DNA of 58,616 nucleotides, counting the filler, from Dugesia japonica (taxonomy: Eukaryota), in assembly GCA_001938525.1 (NCBI GenBank). It is 6 parts of 6 records of this genome, joined end to end, with 100 filler letters (N's around TTAATTAATTAA, not from the genome) between each part and the next. Parts side by side here need not be neighbours in the genome. Positions count along the whole stretch, not along the records: positions 49,192 to 58,616 come from MQRL01498029.1; 5 more parts are not named here. One strand, 5' to 3'. Position numbers and translations under genes: made by a program. Positions 52,199-58,616 of the stretch are shown in pieces (positions within the stretch are counted from its first letter, which is position 1; the number at the start of each line of letters is the position of its first letter). The notes beneath the pieces are model-generated. The model was not told the origin of the DNA, did not search any database, and saw only the letters and a program-made list of their open reading frames with translations.

Positions 52199-53572
52199 GG
52201 TCTAAAAAAAGTGGGGAAAGGGTTTTTTCCTACACATTTTCAGTTTAACTTTGAATAAATAATAAATTTTTACTCTAGATAACAATTAAAATGGCAGGTT
52301 TTACAGACATTTTACAGTTTTTAGTTGTTTTACGCAGTATTTAAAATAAATATAGCTATCTATTTCATCGTACACGGTTTTTAGATAACATGGAATGTGT
52401 CTATAAAATTTCGTGATGATTCTCGTAATAGTTGTATTGCAACCTAGTTTTTCACAATTCCTACTTTGTAAGATTATGGAAAATTTGCGTTTAGAAATTC
52501 ATGCAAACATAAATTTTTGGTTAAACTTGAATTGAGTAGCGTTCAAATCATTGATGTGTTACAAAAGGTTTATACGGATGATTCTCCAAATTTGAGTCGC
52601 ATTTATGAGTTGATTAAATATTTCAAAGAAGGCCGAAAGAATCTCAGTGATAACCAGTGCTTGGGACACAAGTCAACATTGACCAATGTTGAAATGATAT
52701 CCAAAATCCAGTTATTGTTGGATGAAGACCGGCGAATTACTATTGATGAGATAGCTAGGAATTTGGAGATCATTTATGGATCAGTTTATGCCATATTGAA
52801 TGATCATTTGAACTATCAAAGCTTTCAGCACGATGGATGCCAAAGGCGTTGCGCCAGCAACACTTAGTTCAAAGAGCTGAAGTGGCCAAGGTCATTTTTT
52901 TAACAGAATCAGATGAATGCAGAAAATCTATTTCATAGAATTATAACTTGATATGAGAAATGAATCTATCAATATGATCCTGAATCGAAATTACAATCAA
53001 AGTAGTAGTTACAAGTTGCACCCGTTAAATTCAAATCCGAGTGGTCATTCAAGAAGATTATATCCATGGTTTTCTGGTATGCTAATGTAGTTATCCTGAT
53101 TGACTTTTAAAAGAAAAAAAGACAGTCACGTCATTTTATTATATAACATTGTTACAAAAGTTTAAGGCCGGAATATGGCAAAAACGCCCTAGAAAACTCA
53201 ATCAGCTGATTCTTTTCCATCATGCAATGCGCCAGCCCATGTATCACTTCAATCAAGGGATGTCTCAATGAAATTCGGATGGGAAATTTTATCTCAGCCA
53301 CCTTATAGTCCAGAATGGGCTCCATGTGATTATTGTTTATTCCAAAATCTAAAGAAGGATATCAAAGAAATAAGATGGGAATCTATAAATGATGCCGCGA
53401 AATCAGTTTCTGCTTTTTAANNNTCTGCTTTTTAAAGGAATTGTCTAGAAAATTGGAAACACCAGGTACAAAAGTATTTTGATGTAAAGGTTCGTACATT
53501 GAAAAATATTATATTATTTACTGTTGTGGCGTTTTATGTGTAATTTTTTCTGTTTTTTTTACTAACCCTCGT
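52199..53572 (+). mobile_element. Near full-length degenerate mariner (DD34D)
   Basis: MENLRLEIHANI.FLVKL, LLDEDRRITIDEIA, WMPKAL, YQYDPESKLQS, NAPAH and PPYSPEWAPCDY. The right TIR ends ...ACTAACCCTCGTG. Confidence 0.92.
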
Positions 53573-53812
53573 GTGTGTGTGTGTTACAGTGTAATTTTTG
53601 TGATAATAAATAACTTTTATGCTGTATTCGATTTCTAAGTCTAGCAATGCTTATGGTGAGATTTTTATGATATGATTTATGAAAATTTAAAATCTCTTCT
53701 AAGATTTGTAGTCAATTCACAGAATTTCTCGCTAGCAAAATTTTTAAAATTAAAATAACTTTTTATTTTCTTTAATTTATAATTATTTTTCATTATTTCA
53801 ACTTTGCCGTAG

Positions 53813-53856
53813 TTGCATGTAAATAGCTCAGAGGCGCCAGGTGGAGAATCCCTTCT
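53813..53856 (+). CDS. Possible small upstream exon of the LYST-like gene
   Basis: TAG|LHVNSSEAPGGESL|GTATGT, with a phase matching 54038. Confidence 0.4.
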
Positions 53857-54037
53857 GTATGTCTTCATTTATTAATAATTTTTCAATAACATAATTCCAA
53901 ATCTAAATAAAAACATATATAAAAATACAAAAACAAAGTAATCGAAACTGAGGAAATTTAAGAAAACATCAAACTTTACATTTTTTATTTAGTCGACAAA
54001 AATGGGATTTTTTAAAATTATTTCACTAATTATTTAG

Positions 54038-54179
54038 TGGTATACCCAAATCAAGAAAAGAAGAGTTTTCATCTTCAGTCGGAAAATGTTTTAACAAATA
54101 TTTCTTGATAAAAACTTCAATCGATTCTGCAGTGGAAAATTTAGGTGGTGTTCGATTGTTAGTGTTTTGGTTGGCTAAA
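54038..54179 (+). CDS. LYST: LYST-like BEACH-family protein, exon
   Basis: TAG|..SIDSAVENLGGVRLLVFWLAK|GTA resembles LYST 'IGG..IFVFLFARVVE'. Confidence 0.6.
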
Positions 54180-54229
54180 GTACTTTACAAAATAATTATT
54201 AATAATGATTTTATTTTTTTGAATAACAG

Positions 54230-54400
54230 ACAGTTGAAAATAACGATGAAAAATGTACACGATGGATATTGAAATTAATTTTGCTATTGATTAGAAAATC
54301 AATATTTCTCGCTTGTCAAAATATTCAAGAGAAAGGTTATTCTGATCTACTACAAATATTTAAATCTTTCAAAATGAAACTCAGTTACGAAATTATTAAT
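54230..54400 (+). CDS. LYST: LYST-like BEACH-family protein, exon
   Basis: After a 50-nt intron: TVENNDEKCTRWILKLILLLIRK..EKGYSDLLQIFKSFKMKLSYEIIN|GTAAGT. Confidence 0.62.
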
Positions 54401-55449
54401 GTAAGTTTGATTGAATCTACTTATTATTTAATAGTAGATAATAATAATCATTTTGTGTTACTGATAACTTACTGGAAAAAAATGAATATGAATACATGTA
54501 AATAAATATTTTTGAATTTACAATTTCATTCTAGACAAATTAAAGTTTAAAGCCAATTTTCTTTTCAATAAAATATTATAAACAATCAAAACGAATTTAA
54601 AAATGTCAAAACAAAAACCATTACTTTTCAGTGTTTTTTAGTTTTACAAATGTACCAAATTTTGAATTCGAACTGTTTGGAAAATCGTCTGAAGACAATT
54701 TATTTTTCAATATCAAAGCAATTAATTTTAGACATGTTATTTGACAAAATTAAAGGATAACATTACAATAAGGCCTTAATTTGCCTAGTTAATTCTGCCC
54801 AGATAACATTTTACAGTATTTTGAATCACCATTTTTCTCATTGGTATCTTTCTCTGATTTTGGTTTTGAATCCAAATTCTGAGAAGGAACTCCATTTTTA
54901 ATATAACTGAACTTTTCACCTTTGTTATTTGCTTGGTTTGTATAGGCGTATAACTCTCTTATTTGATCATCATCTCGATTAGAAATTGTGATTATAATAG
55001 TATATGCTGAATCAATATTTCTTCCAAAACCAAAATCTGGAGAAAAATTCCAGATTTCAAACGTTTTAAAACTTCCAATTTCAGTTACAAATTTGTTTTA
55101 ACAATTTTTATTCATTTTAATTATTTTATAATAATTTATTTAAATGTAGCAATAATATTTCAAAATTAATTTCTTTTTATTTGAAAATCGATTCATTGAA
55201 ATAATTGGTCAATAATACATTTTATATTAATTTGAACAATGTAAAATATACATAAACATTAAAGTGCCCAGAAATGAATTTGAAAGTCAATTAATTTCTC
55301 CAAAATGAATTTAATATTATCATTTATACTATTTGAAAATGAAACTAAACGAAATTTTAAAATAACTTTCTTTAACAATTGCAACGACGCAAATCGTGGT
55401 GTTAGTGTATAGTATTGTATTCATAGATAAATATTTCGATACAATTTTA

Positions 55450-56620
55450 TTTTGGTTGCTGATATTTAAGAATGTATTTTTTTCAACTTGAGAGAAATCA
55501 ATTTCATTTCTTCATTTGAAAATGTCTCTCAGCTCAAATTCTTTCACCTTTAATTATACTAGTTTTCTCGCTGGTGGTCGCATTACTACTAGGTAATATA
55601 TGTCTACTGTGAAATGGTTTCATATATAATTGGGTAGTTAATATGTCATCAGGTTTCTTTTGGATTAAAGTGTCCAGAAATGAATTNNNNNNNNNNNNNN
55701 NNNNNNNNNNNNNNNNNNNNNNNNNNNNNNNNNNNNNNNGGCTAATTCTAAAATGTTCTCTAAAGGAGAATTAGTTACAAAGAAAATATCATCTATGTAT
55801 CTAAACCAGTGTCTCGCAAACTTTTTTAGTCTGCAGCACACCAAAATATAAAATTATTCCAACGGCATACCAAATTCTTTTTTCATTCCTTCTGCTTTAA
55901 ATACTTGTCCATATTATGTATTATACACTGTATATTAACTTAAAAATCTAAATTTTTTCTAGATTCTAGAAAGGAATTAATATTTTGGTATGTCGCAGAC
56001 TAAAATATTATAGAACTTTATTAAATTTTAAAATCTCTTGCGGCACACAGTTTGTGAGACACTGATCTAAACCATAGATGGATTTTCTTGTTTAATTTAA
56101 GAATTATTTGATTTTCAATGAAGTTCATGAAAATTATTGCTAGAATTGGAGATAAATTATTATCCATTGCAAGACCACCTTTTTGTTTAAAAAGTTGTTC
56201 TCCGATGAAAATGCTATCAGAGAAGAGCCACAAATTGATAAGACATTTGAAATCATTTTTGGTGATCTCTTGTATCTTTGTATCTTTCAAAGAAATCACT
56301 TACAATATCAATGATATTTTCAGGTCCTGCAATTGGAATTGATCCATATTCATCATCACTCTTTCAGTCATAATTTTTAATTCGTTCGATAGACTCGTAA
56401 CTATTCTTTAAATGTGCTGCAATTAAACTTAATAGTGATTTTAATATATCTGCCATAAGTTAGCATAATGCAGTTGAAAGAGTATCAAAAGCGTTGACAA
56501 TAGATCTTCCTTTCATTGTTGTTTTGTGGTCTTTCGGAACAGTTGACTGTTAAAAGATTTTATTGGGTCTTCATATTTTTCTGCTCGTATTATTAATACC
56601 TATATTATTTGCCGAAAACT
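55450..56620 (-). mobile_element. Penelope-like element reverse transcriptase pseudogene
   Basis: PKDHK..KGRSIV, HLKNS, FKQKGGLAMDNNLSPILA, WFR|YIDD, FLDTLI, LYMKP and IIKGE. Confidence 0.88.
55807..56064. mobile_element. 258-bp hAT MITE
   Basis: TIRs are CAGTGTCTCGCAAACT / AGTTTGTGAGACACTG (15/16 match). The perfect 8-bp TSD ATCTAAAC lies at 55799-55806 and 56065-56072. Confidence 0.95.
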
Positions 56621-58616
56621 TTAAATAGTAGATTGCGAATATTTTCTGCAACGGATGTTCCCGCTCCGATGACACAGTTCTTTCCGCATGATTCTATCTT
56701 GGGTTGTTTTTAATTGTGATGTTTAGTTGGTTATTAATAACGTTATTTTTAATGTAAATACTGTCTTATGAATTTGTCTAGTAATTTTATTAAGATTTTC
56801 TTTTATCAATTTCTGAAAAAAACTATCCATAAATTTAGTAAATTTTAAATTATCTTATTCTGACCATTTTCTATTCAATAGCAGTAAATGTTTTACCACA
56901 GCAATATTTACATCTGCACTCAATGCTTTTTAATCGAGAATGAAGAAATAGTTACAAACGGTACTATGTTTAAATACAAAAAAATAATTACAAGGGCANN
57001 NNNNNNNNNNNNNNNTTTGACTACAACGTCGGAGGTTAAAGGAAACGCTTCTTGGTGTTTAAATATTTAAATCATAATAAATAAAAATTTCCATAAAATT
57101 TTTTTAAAAAAATTTACCTTTTTTATTTTTAAATTTCCGATTAAAAATTTTTTTCTTTTTAAATTTTAAATTTGTAAAACTTTAATTTTTGAAATCTATA
57201 GCTCTCCTAATATATGAAATATATGCTTAAATGGTGGAGCCCAATCAAGTTTTGTTTGGTGAATTGTTGACAATAGTTTCTAATAGTTTAGACAAGGTAA
57301 AGTTAAAATATTCCATTATATTGCTATTACACGCTAATTTTTCTTTTATCTGTATTATATCTGAGCTATATAAAGAACAGCTTGATTATATCTCAAGATA
57401 ATAAATAAATAAAGTACAAAAAATGTTCTGGCTTCAATATTTATTAATATGAATATTGGTTTTGATATCCATTTAATTCAATTATCATTACTCATTTTTA
57501 TTATTCATTCAATCATTTTTTTATTGAGAAAATAATTAAAAAACCTTGATAATCAATCACATCAAAACTAACGGATAACTCCTAATGGTATGACTATTCC
57601 TAATAATATGACTATTTTTTCAATAATCATACTAATAAATAGTATGACCATTGTTTTAATAATTGTTATAATATTTTAAATCCAAAAAGTATGACCAAAT
57701 TTAATGAAAATTCACAAAAAACTTGTTTTTGTTCATAATATTTAATAGTATGAGTCATAGATCAATTAACTTTTTCATTACCAAATTAAATTTTATTGGG
57801 AGAGAATCTAGTTAGTGATAGATTTTAAACCGAAAATAACACACTAAATGCGTAAAACATCAGGTTTCATTCATGTTGTGTGATTGTCATGATGTGTTCA
57901 ATCACGCAAACCAAACAATGAGCATATATTTGTATTCTTGAACAAAATAAATATTCACTAACCCAATTTCAGATATAAAGGATAATGAAAGGGTAAATAA
58001 ACAATGTGAACAAATAGCTAATAAAATATTAAATTTAATTCAACTTGTCTATAATTTTATTTTCTAATAATTTATTTTCTCAAAAATTAATTGTTTATAA
58101 AATAATCAACTGAGATTTAATTTTATTTAAATTACTTATAAGTTTTCAACAAAAATAAAATTTTCTACTTCAATCGTCTCATTGATTAAATTCAAATTAA
58201 AATTTGATCGATAAAGTAATAAAGAATTTAATTGAATTGTAAATTATTTTATGTAAAAAGTACAAAAAAAAAANNNNNNNNNNNNNNNNNNNNNNNNNNN
58301 NNNNNNNNNNNNNNNNNNNNNNNNNNNNNNNNNNNNNNNNNNNNNNNNNNNNNNNNNNNNNNNNNNNNNNNNNNNNNNNNNNNNNNNNNNNNNNNNNNNN
58401 NNNNNNNNNNNNNNNNNNNNNNNNNNNNNNNTATTTCCATTATAATTATTATTTCTATTATTCGTATTGGTAAAGCTTTTATTTCTGTTTCTTAAATCTT
58501 CAACCTTTTTAATATTAGTTATTCAAGCCATGTATATGTCGTTAATCCTAATGAATCTTTCAATATTCTTTTGACAAATATGATTTCTGCAGATGTATAG
58601 TTGAGATTTTTTTTTT

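Noticed and set aside
2324-55652. Other CTGANGA hits as hammerheads (e.g. ~2324, 23868, 35534, 54072, 55646)
   Set aside because: They have no stem II followed by GAAA and no closing stem I.

Overview
Very AT-rich eukaryotic (metazoan) draft-assembly DNA; a planarian-type flatworm is plausible but that is inference only. The window is not one locus. Five artificial 100-bp spacers (44N-TTAATTAATTAA-44N) join six separate contigs: 1-9523, 9624-17742, 17843-27275, 27376-36815, 36916-49091 and 49192-58616. Host genes appear as spliced exons that the ORF track largely misses: an FBXW10/CDRT1-like WD40 gene (-), DZANK1 (+), a LYST-like BEACH gene (+), a MAP3K/STE11-like kinase exon (+) and an orphan terminal exon (-). 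Most other sequence is decayed mobile DNA: several mariners, Gypsy LTR elements and a solo LTR, hAT/Buster, a Zator-like transposase, a Polinton-type polB, Penelope-like RT and MITEs. The most notable signal is a dispersed non-coding repeat family carrying minimal type-I hammerhead ribozymes: two intact copies and two degenerate ones with compensatory stem changes, plus a fifth predicted under an N gap. Two of these loci form fold-back (inverted) structures. All family assignments come from motif recognition by eye, with no database search.
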